Shown here: in pieces, positions 48,563 through 55,683 of the stretch
Layout of the letters: each line of letters opens with the position of its first letter
Numbering within the stretch: the first letter of the stretch is position 1
Source of the DNA: a virus
Strand: one strand, 5' to 3'
Virus record (IMG/VR): IMGVR_UViG_3300045973_000529
Location: 96,001-160,000 of that record
Length of the DNA: 64,000 bases
The notes under the pieces: model-generated
What the model was told of the DNA's origin: nothing
Database searches by the model: none
Seen by the model: the letters and a program-made list of their open reading frames with translations, nothing else
Program-made: the position numbers and the translations under genes

Positions 48563-49494
48563 TGCCGCTGAACCAACCCAATCTCAGCAAGTACCGTCCT
48601 AATCCAGTTGGGCCAGTCAAGCTGCAGACTCGGTCTTCAACTCGAGCACGACTGTACGGAGGCGGAACGTACTTCCGCTCGAACGAGCGTGGGGAGGTTC
48701 AGAACCTGATCCAGATCGGCATCCTCGAAGACGGGGTGATCCCAAACCTCGAGGGTGTCTGCATCGTTCAAAACACGGTGCTCAAGCCCGACGAGCAAGT
48801 GACCGGAACAGGAGTCACGCCGGTGCTCGAGCTGTACAAGCTTGAACTTACAGCCCTGGAAGAAATCACAATCGCGTGGAACGGCACACAGTGGCGCGCA
48901 ACGAAGACAGGCATTAGGTGGCAGATAGCACCGGGACCTGTTCCAGCTCCAGTCGATCTGGGGGCAGTTCAGGAGGGATTGTTCGTATCGAGCGTCGCCG
49001 TCTTCAAGATCACCGGGCTGGGGGCTTGGCCGCATGGAGCAGTCGTGGTACTGAGACCGCGCACTCGTCGGTACACCCTGGTGGTGCACGGTGTCACCGA
49101 TCCGAATTCGCCATCTGGTACTACACAGTTGACCGGCTGGGACCCTAACGCCCTCCGGCAAGCGGTCAATGCTGACACGACAGTCTGGATTCGAATGCCG
49201 GTTCGAAACACCGTTACAACTCCGGACACGGGTCCTGCTCTGCCACCGTCCGGTGGCGAGGACAAACAGGACTCTGGAGTAGATGCCGACTTCCTGACAG
49301 CGTTCGCGATGGCGAATCTGTCAGGTGGCAATGGCTTGCCCATGGCGCCGGTAGGATTGAACACCGGACCCGATCGGGTCATGGTGCATCTGAACTACTC
49401 GGAGAAAGACGACGGCTCGATGGGCGAGCTCAATCAGGTCTTTGAGTGGGTCGGAGACTCTGCCACGATTGGTTCATGGCAGAGGTACTCCTGA
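48562..49494 (+). CDS. putative structural protein
   Basis: TAATG coupling; last gene of the late block. Confidence 0.65.
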   Translation: MPLNQPNLSKYRPNPVGPVKLQTRSSTRARLYGGGTYFRSNERGEVQNLIQIGILEDGVIPNLEGVCIVQNTVLKPDEQVTGTGVTPVLELYKLELTALEEITIAWNGTQWRATKTGIRWQIAPGPVPAPVDLGAVQEGLFVSSVAVFKITGLGAWPHGAVVVLRPRTRRYTLVVHGVTDPNSPSGTTQLTGWDPNALRQAVNADTTVWIRMPVRNTVTTPDTGPALPPSGGEDKQDSGVDADFLTAFAMANLSGGNGLPMAPVGLNTGPDRVMVHLNYSEKDDGSMGELNQVFEWVGDSATIGSWQRYS

Positions 49495-49722
49495 TCAGAA
49501 CATCCCCGAGCTCAGGCGATTGTAGTGCTCCTCGCGTGCCTGATTCTCACGCTCGATTCGAGCGTTGTACTCCGCGTTGCTCTCGTACACCGCGTCCGAG
49601 TAGAACCGCGGACGCGGTCCAGCTGCCGTGCACGTGTTGCAACGGGGCCACGATTGGCTTGGGGTGGAGCGGTCAGCGAGGTAGGTGCCAGAGCACTGCG
49701 AGCAGGTAGCGACGTTATACAT
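49495..49722 (-). CDS. zinc-ribbon hypothetical protein
   Basis: CSQC...CNTC plus helical tail. Confidence 0.65.
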   Translation of the reverse strand: MYNVATCSQCSGTYLADRSTPSQSWPRCNTCTAAGPRPRFYSDAVYESNAEYNARIERENQAREEHYNRLSSGMF

Positions 49723-49762
49723 GGAGAAGATCCTTCACAGGATTGGGTTGAGAAAACGAGAA

Positions 49763-50140
49763 TCAGTCCGGCATCGGGACCTTGAGGAAACCTTCGAGCA
49801 GCGCGGTGTGGTGCTCGACATCTTCGCGATGGCTGCGAATCAGGGCCGTCAGGTACGACTTGGTCGGGTAATCCGCATAGGACACGAACCCGCCAGAGTG
49901 ACTGAAGCCGATGGCCATGCGACCATCGATGAAGTTGAGGTGCTTGATGTTGTACTTCTGGCCGTCAGCCAATGACTTGACCACCAACCCGGCAGAACGG
50001 ATCATGGGCGCCGTGCGGCCACCAGCGACTTCTTCGAAGAGCACTTGCACCGGATGCATGCGCGACTTCTCGAGCGTCACGGACGCAATGAGGATGGTGT
50101 CGGGAGTGAGGTCGTCGAGGAAAACAGGCGAGCTGCGCAT
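49763..50140 (-). CDS. hypothetical early protein
   Basis: GAAAG RBS. Confidence 0.7.
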   Translation of the reverse strand: MRSSPVFLDDLTPDTILIASVTLEKSRMHPVQVLFEEVAGGRTAPMIRSAGLVVKSLADGQKYNIKHLNFIDGRMAIGFSHSGGFVSYADYPTKSYLTALIRSHREDVEHHTALLEGFLKVPMPD

Positions 50141-50185
50141 GATGTGCTTTCGTTCAGGGTTGGTCTGGCGGCGGATTGTGCGAGA

Positions 50186-50413
50186 TCAGTCTCGCTGACA
50201 GGTGCGGTCGTCGAACTGCGATGCCGACACGGACGGGCGGCGGGTAGGTTCAGGGTACACAGTGACGTTCATTGTCTTGACGGCACCGCGGTGGTCCGTG
50301 ATGAAGCTCACGGAGACGCTGGCCAGCGAAACGCCGAGGTCCTTGGCGACGAGTTCTGTGATGCCATCGACGGACAGCGAGATGACGCGAGGTTGTTTGT
50401 CGAGCAGGCTCAT
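50186..50413 (-). CDS. hypothetical early protein
   Basis: Start re-assigned to MSLLDKQP. Confidence 0.6.
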   Translation of the reverse strand: MSLLDKQPRVISLSVDGITELVAKDLGVSLASVSVSFITDHRGAVKTMNVTVYPEPTRRPSVSASQFDDRTCQRD

Positions 50414-50415
50414 GA

Positions 50416-50733
50416 TCAGTACCAGGTGATGCCGCCATCGTGGGCGATGTTGGCCTTGGGGTTGGCGGGGTTGTAGACACACGCGGCTTCCCACAGCTCG
50501 GACATTCTCGTCGCCAAAGCCGTGCGCTCGGGGGTGATCAGGGATGGGTCCAGCATGCCCACCATCTGGAAGGCCGCATCGAAGCGACCCATCGCGAAGC
50601 CGAGGTTCCGGATGCTCGCGGCATCGTGATGCTGTTCGTACGCCGCGATCCAGATCTCGGCGCTGCGAGCGTACGAGTCCAGGTACTTGGCAGCGCGCTC
50701 GATGTGCTCGACACGTTCGGTGGGGGTGATCAT
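50416..50733 (-). CDS. hypothetical early protein
   Basis: Start re-assigned to MITPTERV by ATGA coupling. Confidence 0.65.
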   Translation of the reverse strand: MITPTERVEHIERAAKYLDSYARSAEIWIAAYEQHHDAASIRNLGFAMGRFDAAFQMVGMLDPSLITPERTALATRMSELWEAACVYNPANPKANIAHDGGITWY

Positions 50734-50861
50734 GATGATGGCAGCTTCACCAGCAGGAGGAAGATGATGGTCCCGAGGAAGGCGATGACGTTCACCAGGA
50801 TCGCCAGACCGATCCAATCGGAGCGACCGTAGTCCTTGAAGTTCCAGGGGTTGAAGTTCAT
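50730..50861 (-). CDS. single-TM microprotein, 43 aa
   Basis: MNFNPWNFKDYGRSDWIGLAILVNVIAFLGTIIFLLLVKLPSS; coupled at both ends. Confidence 0.6.
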   Translation of the reverse strand: MNFNPWNFKDYGRSDWIGLAILVNVIAFLGTIIFLLLVKLPSS

Positions 50862-51226
50862 GAGACGTCTGCCTTGCGCACAACCCAGGCGCCGAAGCCG
50901 TGATCACCGATGCTGAAGCAGTCGTAGCCGTACAGCTTGCCCATGGTCAGCTGGCAGTACCCGAGCATGTCCTCGTCGATCCGCTCTTCGTGCAGCATGC
51001 CATTTCGCAGCAGCTGCTCGACTTCGCGGAAGACCTCATCTTCGGTCTGGAGGATCGCCAGCTCGGTCACGTCCTTGACGCCAAGCATTAGCGCAGCGGC
51101 GTGGACCCAGGGTAGGTTCCCATCGTCTTCGCCGACCTCGCACAGCTGGTCGTCGGACATCTTGAAGACGTTCAGCGGCGCGCAGGGTTCATCGGTGTAG
51201 ACGAAGGCTTCGAAGAGCTTGGACAT
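50858..51226 (-). CDS. hypothetical acidic early protein
   Basis: Start re-assigned to MSKLFEAF. Confidence 0.65.
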   Translation of the reverse strand: MSKLFEAFVYTDEPCAPLNVFKMSDDQLCEVGEDDGNLPWVHAAALMLGVKDVTELAILQTEDEVFREVEQLLRNGMLHEERIDEDMLGYCQLTMGKLYGYDCFSIGDHGFGAWVVRKADVS

Positions 51227-51252
51227 GACGGGCTTCCGGAGTTGCGGGTGGA

Positions 51253-51369
51253 TCAGCGAGCGCGACGATAGGGGCGCGGGGTGTGCTTGCCGTCCGAGAC
51301 TTCGGCCATGCAGTAGTTCACGCCGACTGCCAGAGTCGACAGCAGAATCCAGGTCATTGCGAGGGCCAT
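51253..51369 (-). CDS. 38-aa microprotein with hydrophobic N-terminus
   Basis: GAAAG RBS; MALAMTWILLSTLAVGVNYC... Confidence 0.5.
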   Translation of the reverse strand: MALAMTWILLSTLAVGVNYCMAEVSDGKHTPRPYRRAR

Positions 51370-51378
51370 GATGCTCTT

Positions 51379-51675
51379 TCAGAGTTGGATGGATTGAACA
51401 GCCAGCGCGCCACCGTCGGCGAACTGCTTGCGGAAGGCCTTGGTGACGAGCGGAGCGCAGAGCCGGCCGGCGTCGTTGCCAGCGGTCACGGTGCACTTCA
51501 GGGTGGGAAAGCCGACGCAGTAGAAGCTAAGCGCCGCGCCAGTTTCGGCGCAGAGGAATTCGTAGCAGTCAGCGTACTGCGCCGAACGGAGATGCGTGCC
51601 GGGCTTGACTTGGCGTTGACCGTAGCTCACGAGGGCGAAGGTCACGTCGGTCACAAGGTCTTTCATGCGGCTCAT
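51379..51675 (-). CDS. hypothetical early protein
   Basis: First gene after promoter 51709-51751. Confidence 0.65.
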   Translation of the reverse strand: MSRMKDLVTDVTFALVSYGQRQVKPGTHLRSAQYADCYEFLCAETGAALSFYCVGFPTLKCTVTAGNDAGRLCAPLVTKAFRKQFADGGALAVQSIQL

Positions 51676-51708
51676 GGATTTTGCACCAGTTGGTTTGTCG
51701 ATAGAGGT

Positions 51709-51751
51709 ATCTTAACTCGATCCCGAGGAAAGTACACCAGAGAAGTGTAAC
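51709..51751 (-). promoter_or_regulatory. early-type promoter GTTACA-N8-GTGTAC-N17-TAAGAT
   Basis: Same spacing as 4270-4312 and 52026-52068. Confidence 0.8.
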
Positions 51752-51756
51752 AGTTC

Positions 51757-51996
51757 TCAGTACGTGGCAGAGCCCGTGTGGGCGTTCCAGAAGGTCATGA
51801 ACTGGATGGCGAACTCTTCACCGCTGCCATTCACGAGGAGACCGAAGCGCTTGGCGTACTCGTACGGACCTTCACGATCGAAGACTTCCTTGATGTCCTT
51901 CAGCGCGCGATCGGTCGTGGTGATCTGATCGGAGCGGAGGTCCATGACCAGGGCTTCAACCATCGGGAACTTTGCGAGATCAGTGGAGGTGGTCAT
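51757..51996 (-). CDS. hypothetical early protein
   Basis: First gene after promoter 52026-52068. Confidence 0.65.
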   Translation of the reverse strand: MTTSTDLAKFPMVEALVMDLRSDQITTTDRALKDIKEVFDREGPYEYAKRFGLLVNGSGEEFAIQFMTFWNAHTGSATY

Positions 51997-52025
51997 GATG
52001 TTGCACATGGTTTGTTGATAGAGGC

Positions 52026-52068
52026 ATCTTATCCCGAACCCGAGAAAAGTACACCACTATTCTGTAAC
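52026..52068 (-). promoter_or_regulatory. early-type promoter GTTACA-N8-GTGTAC-N17-TAAGAT
   Basis: Also shares leader CCTCTATC(G/A)ACAAACCA with the 51709 promoter. Confidence 0.8.
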
Positions 52069-52299
52069 GAGGTAGATTTCTTCCGTGAATCGGAAGCCCG
52101 GCATCTCTGGGAAGCACTCGTCTTCTTCGGTGAAGTACACGAGTCCCTTCTTCTCGAGCTTCTTGAAGACCCTCATGCCAGGTACGATCGTGCCGAAAAC
52201 ATCGCGGCTATTCCGATCCTCAACGTCGGTCACGAGGCAGGCCCCGCCCTTGTACTTCAAGAAGTCCAAGGCGTTTTGTTCAGCTTCGGAGAGACTCAT
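52057..52299 (-). CDS. small winged-helix-like hypothetical protein
   Basis: MSLSEAEQNALDFLK...FKKLEKKGLVYF; TGGTACAAT 6 nt upstream. Confidence 0.55.
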   Translation of the reverse strand: MSLSEAEQNALDFLKYKGGACLVTDVEDRNSRDVFGTIVPGMRVFKKLEKKGLVYFTEEDECFPEMPGFRFTEEIYLVTE

Positions 52300-52322
52300 G
52301 GTGGAATTGTACCACCAGAGGT

Positions 52323-52955
52323 TCAATCAGGGACGAACCATTCCTGGTAGGTGCCGGGGAACTGCGATGGGTTGTACACCCACGGCATGTCGTTCACTCG
52401 CAGTTTCACGTGCACTTTGAGTTGCTCGAGCGAGCCAAGCATCACGTGACTCACAGCGTGCACAAAGTGCGGTGTCGCTGGGAACAGCACAAGAGTGCCG
52501 CGAACCGGAGTCAGGCTGAAGTTGTACGCGGGGAACTCGAGCTTACCGCCATAGACCTCGAACCGAGGATCCAGCGGTACCGATGCATGAAAGGACTTCA
52601 ACCAGATGAAGCCCACCAGATCGATGTCCTTGAACTTCGTCCACTTCTTGCGAAGGAACCTCCAGCCCTCGGCCATGTGGGTTTCGGCTGGGATCTTTGG
52701 ATTCTCTTGGTACTGTTGGAACAGCACCAATGGTTCACCGACGATCTGAGCTGCATACCGGCGCTCGATTAGTGGAGCGATAGCGCTCAACTCCGAGAGC
52801 ACGTCACCACAGAGCTCCGACACGATACGCTCATGCTTGAGAGGATCACCATTCTCATCTCGATCCGGAACCTTCAGTGCCAGCTGCTTGATGAGCTGCT
52901 CGCACCGAAGCGGCGAAATGAAATCCTCGACGACGTGGAAAGGGGAATGAATCAT
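52323..52955 (-). CDS. 2OG-Fe(II) oxygenase-fold protein (P4H-like), possibly degenerate
   Basis: VVEDFISP..CE.LI, YGGKLEFP, P.RGTLVLFP, VHAV. Confidence 0.75.
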   Translation of the reverse strand: MIHSPFHVVEDFISPLRCEQLIKQLALKVPDRDENGDPLKHERIVSELCGDVLSELSAIAPLIERRYAAQIVGEPLVLFQQYQENPKIPAETHMAEGWRFLRKKWTKFKDIDLVGFIWLKSFHASVPLDPRFEVYGGKLEFPAYNFSLTPVRGTLVLFPATPHFVHAVSHVMLGSLEQLKVHVKLRVNDMPWVYNPSQFPGTYQEWFVPD

Positions 52956-53155
52956 CCGAGCAGCGTCTGACGCCCAGTGACGGGAGTAGCGCTCTCCCAG
53001 GTCCGCTTCAGCGCCAGCAGTTCGTTCACTGCCAGGTACTTGCCGAAGAAGTCGATGTACGCGCGGCCTTCAAGGACCATGCGCCCCATCATGATGCGGA
53101 GTTGAAGCTTCTCAGCTTCCGTGAGTGATGAGACTGGTGTGTATTGGACGAGCAT
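52952..53155 (-). CDS. hypothetical late protein, 67 aa
   Basis: Start re-assigned to MLVQYTPV; LTE, VLE motifs. Confidence 0.6.
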   Translation of the reverse strand: MLVQYTPVSSLTEAEKLQLRIMMGRMVLEGRAYIDFFGKYLAVNELLALKRTWESATPVTGRQTLLG

Positions 53156-53177
53156 CTCTGCCTCTGCTTCTGTTGAG

Positions 53178-54071
53178 TTACTTGAACACGTAGCCTGTTG
53201 CCTTGGTGGCGTACAGGTCCTTGCCCTTCGGATTCTTGCCCGTGAGCTTGTCGCCATCCTTCTTATCGGCGATGTTCACGATGGCAACAACTGTCACCAT
53301 GCCCATGTCACGGCCAGTTTGATCAGCGTGAATGGCGTGCGATGAGCCAACCTTGACACCTGACATTTCACCACTGCTCATGAGCCACATCAGCGAGCCA
53401 GCTTCATCCTTAGCACACAGGAGCGCAGTGCATGCGCCATGATCACGGCGAATGTCTTCGATCGTAGGTGATGAAGGTTCGATGTGCATTGACTTCATGA
53501 TCGCCCATGAACCGCGCCGTTCACGCGCTTCCTTGAGCCACGCACGACCAATCTTCAAGACCGGCGGATTGGCCGTCGTTTCGGAGAGCTGAGCTTGCAC
53601 CCAGTACGTCGCACCTTCGAGCTCCAGATCGACACCAGTGAAGATTGGGTCGTTGCCAGTCGCAGCTGGCCAGAAGGCATACTGCGACTCGTTCAGGGTG
53701 TACACAGTGCGAGCTGCAACAGTGACCGAGCTCGGGTGCAGCGTCAGACCAGCGCCATCGACAATCTCAACGATGACGCGTTCATTGGAGACGAGGGCTT
53801 CCATCTTGGTGGGATCGAGCGGATCCTCGTCGTCAGCTGGTGCATCGTCCTTCGGCTCCTTGTCAGCCTTTTCCGAGGGCTGCTCGTCTTCAGGAGCCTT
53901 TGGCTCTGCTTCTTCCTCGTCATCGGCACCCGCAAGGGCACCAAGAAAATCAACGAGCTTCGCAGTGGCTGAGTTCAGCACACGAACCTCGAAACCAGCG
54001 TCTTGCAGCAAGTCAACTGCCTTGCCGATTGCTGGATCCTTGTCGGATGAAATGAGTACGATTGGGTGCAT
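53178..54071 (-). CDS. putative head-associated protein with acidic linker
   Basis: In late operon; acidic/Pro linker; basic C-terminal module after WLKE. Confidence 0.65.
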   Translation of the reverse strand: MHPIVLISSDKDPAIGKAVDLLQDAGFEVRVLNSATAKLVDFLGALAGADDEEEAEPKAPEDEQPSEKADKEPKDDAPADDEDPLDPTKMEALVSNERVIVEIVDGAGLTLHPSSVTVAARTVYTLNESQYAFWPAATGNDPIFTGVDLELEGATYWVQAQLSETTANPPVLKIGRAWLKEARERRGSWAIMKSMHIEPSSPTIEDIRRDHGACTALLCAKDEAGSLMWLMSSGEMSGVKVGSSHAIHADQTGRDMGMVTVVAIVNIADKKDGDKLTGKNPKGKDLYATKATGYVFK

Positions 54072-54073
54072 GA

Positions 54074-54682
54074 TCAGTCCTTCATGGTGATGCGAGTGAT
54101 CTTCGCATTCTTGTACTTGGCCTTGAACGGACCGGTTTGTGAGGTGTTCACGTCAAACACATGCTTGGCATGTGCCTTGTCCTTGACAGCATTGACGTTG
54201 ATAGTAGTGGAGGCACGACCTGAACCTGACGGATCGTCGTACGAAATCAAGACTGCGGCAGTCTTCTTGCCAGCCGACTCAGTGATGCCAGCCATCTCGC
54301 GAGCACGCTTGCCGGCGTAGAAAGCTTCCATGATCTCGGTGTAGTCTTCTGGCTTGTCGAGTTCCTCAACCACGTGCGGCGTCAGACCTTCAGCTTCGCA
54401 AGCGAGCTTGCACTTGTCGAGGGACAGACGCTTGATGAGTTTGTAGCTCTTGCAGACGCCAGCACCATGGTCATTCACGTTGACGTTCAGCACCAGATCG
54501 ATGAGTACCTGCGGATCAGTTGGCGAGTAGTTCACGATGCTCGCTGAATCAGCGTACACATTGATGTGATCACACTGTGCGGTGTCGACATCTGCCGGCA
54601 CGACAGCAGCTGCAGTCATGTCGACGACTGGACCGACTGAACTGATTGGAAGATTGATGGCGAATTCATTGACGGTTGACAT
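54074..54682 (-). CDS. putative head-associated protein
   Basis: Start MSTVNEF below TAAATA; IME and ITE motifs before a basic C-terminal module. Confidence 0.65.
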   Translation of the reverse strand: MSTVNEFAINLPISSVGPVVDMTAAAVVPADVDTAQCDHINVYADSASIVNYSPTDPQVLIDLVLNVNVNDHGAGVCKSYKLIKRLSLDKCKLACEAEGLTPHVVEELDKPEDYTEIMEAFYAGKRAREMAGITESAGKKTAAVLISYDDPSGSGRASTTINVNAVKDKAHAKHVFDVNTSQTGPFKAKYKNAKITRITMKD

Positions 54683-54708
54683 TGGGGCTCCGTGTGGACG
54701 CTGTTGCC

Positions 54709-54714
54709 TATTTA
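54709..54714 (-). promoter_or_regulatory. late promoter TAAATA
   Basis: GTAAATAG overlapping the exonuclease stop codon. Confidence 0.75.
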
Positions 54715-55395
54715 CGCCACCTTGCCAAGGATCTTGTCCCAACAGATCTTGATGCGTCGTTCTAGCTCAGGATACTCTGGTTCCAAGTCAATGATGAACT
54801 CGAGTGGAAAGCCGGTCTGAGCCACCATCAGAATCACACCTTGCTTGACGCTCGTACCGAAGAGCTCATTATGTGCTCGAGCGTAGAATGCGAGCTGAAG
54901 CTGGTAGTCAGCGATGTCTGCTTTGCCCTTGAGCTTGTTCATCGCCGTCTTGAAGTCGATGATGGAAGGAACTCCCTTGTATTCGCCCATGCAGTCGAAG
55001 CGACCGGCCACCTCAAGGGTCGGTGAGTACACTGACTGCTCCTGACCCCAGACCTCGGTGATGTTCCTGAGCTTGAGCTTCAGCGCATTGAACGCGGATT
55101 TGTCAACATCAGGAACCGGCTTACCGTCGACTAGCGCAAAGACTTCTTCCTTCTTCAGGAAGCGTTCAACAAGCAAGTGCACCATCGTGCCGTGATCAGC
55201 ACTCGCCTTCGTAACCGCCGCGGCTTTTTCCCGCCCCAAAGAATTGCGCCAGTTTTCTAGCGATGCGGTTTTCTCCGGTGGTTCTGACTGCCCAAGCACC
55301 GTGGTGATGGATGGGAAGGCACCATGTGGAGTGTGATAGAACCGAAGTCCCATCGACATTTCAGCGGGGTAGTCGACATACGGGAACTTGTTCAT
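54712..55395 (-). CDS. PD-(D/E)xK exonuclease (MGME1/Cas4-like phage family)
   Basis: PSITTVL, LENWR, GT.VH..VE, E..VYS...AGRFDC, IIDFKT, YQLQL..Y. Confidence 0.88.
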   Translation of the reverse strand: MNKFPYVDYPAEMSMGLRFYHTPHGAFPSITTVLGQSEPPEKTASLENWRNSLGREKAAAVTKASADHGTMVHLLVERFLKKEEVFALVDGKPVPDVDKSAFNALKLKLRNITEVWGQEQSVYSPTLEVAGRFDCMGEYKGVPSIIDFKTAMNKLKGKADIADYQLQLAFYARAHNELFGTSVKQGVILMVAQTGFPLEFIIDLEPEYPELERRIKICWDKILGKVA

Positions 55396-55553
55396 CACCA
55401 TCCGAGCTTCTCAGCCCGCTCCAAGACGCGTTTCAGAATGTCAGCCTCTTCCTGGGTCTTAGCCCCAGCAGGCCAATCAGGATTGCGAGAAACCGGCTGA
55501 GGCTCTTTTGGAGCCTCAGGATTGCGCACAGGGAACGGAATGACGTTTGACAT
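55395..55553 (-). CDS. hypothetical protein, 52 aa
   Basis: MSNVIPFP...; TGTTACAAT 6 nt upstream. Confidence 0.65.
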   Translation of the reverse strand: MSNVIPFPVRNPEAPKEPQPVSRNPDWPAGAKTQEEADILKRVLERAEKLGW

Positions 55554-55559
55554 GTGCAA

Positions 55560-55568
55560 ATTGTAACA
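55560..55568 (-). promoter_or_regulatory. extended -10 TGTTACAAT, leaderless-type
   Basis: TACAAT ends 6 nt before ATG 55553; no SD. Confidence 0.65.
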
Positions 55569-55599
55569 AGTCACTGAAGGCCTGCTACTGAGCTTAGGG

Positions 55600-55683
55600 T
55601 CATCGAAGTCCGATGCGCTTACCGAGTTGTGACCAGATGAGGCGCAGCAGCGCATCATCCAGCCAAGCTTGTAGCTTCCTCAT
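55600..55683 (-). CDS. 27-aa amphipathic microprotein
   Basis: ATGA coupling; MRKLQAWLDDALLRLIWSQLGKRIGLR. Confidence 0.55.
   Translation of the reverse strand: MRKLQAWLDDALLRLIWSQLGKRIGLR

Noticed and set aside
7573-52955. DNA hypermodification pathway (Nudix + kinase + 2OG oxygenase)
   Set aside because: No thymidylate-synthase-like, glycosyltransferase, aGPT or preQ genes in the window, and the genes are unlinked
54712-55395. Cas4 / CRISPR-related gene
   Set aside because: Lacks the four-Cys Fe-S motif and any array; fits the common phage MGME1-like exonuclease
55554-55679. Structured ncRNA in the gap
   Set aside because: Better explained by a coupled 27-aa ORF plus a promoter
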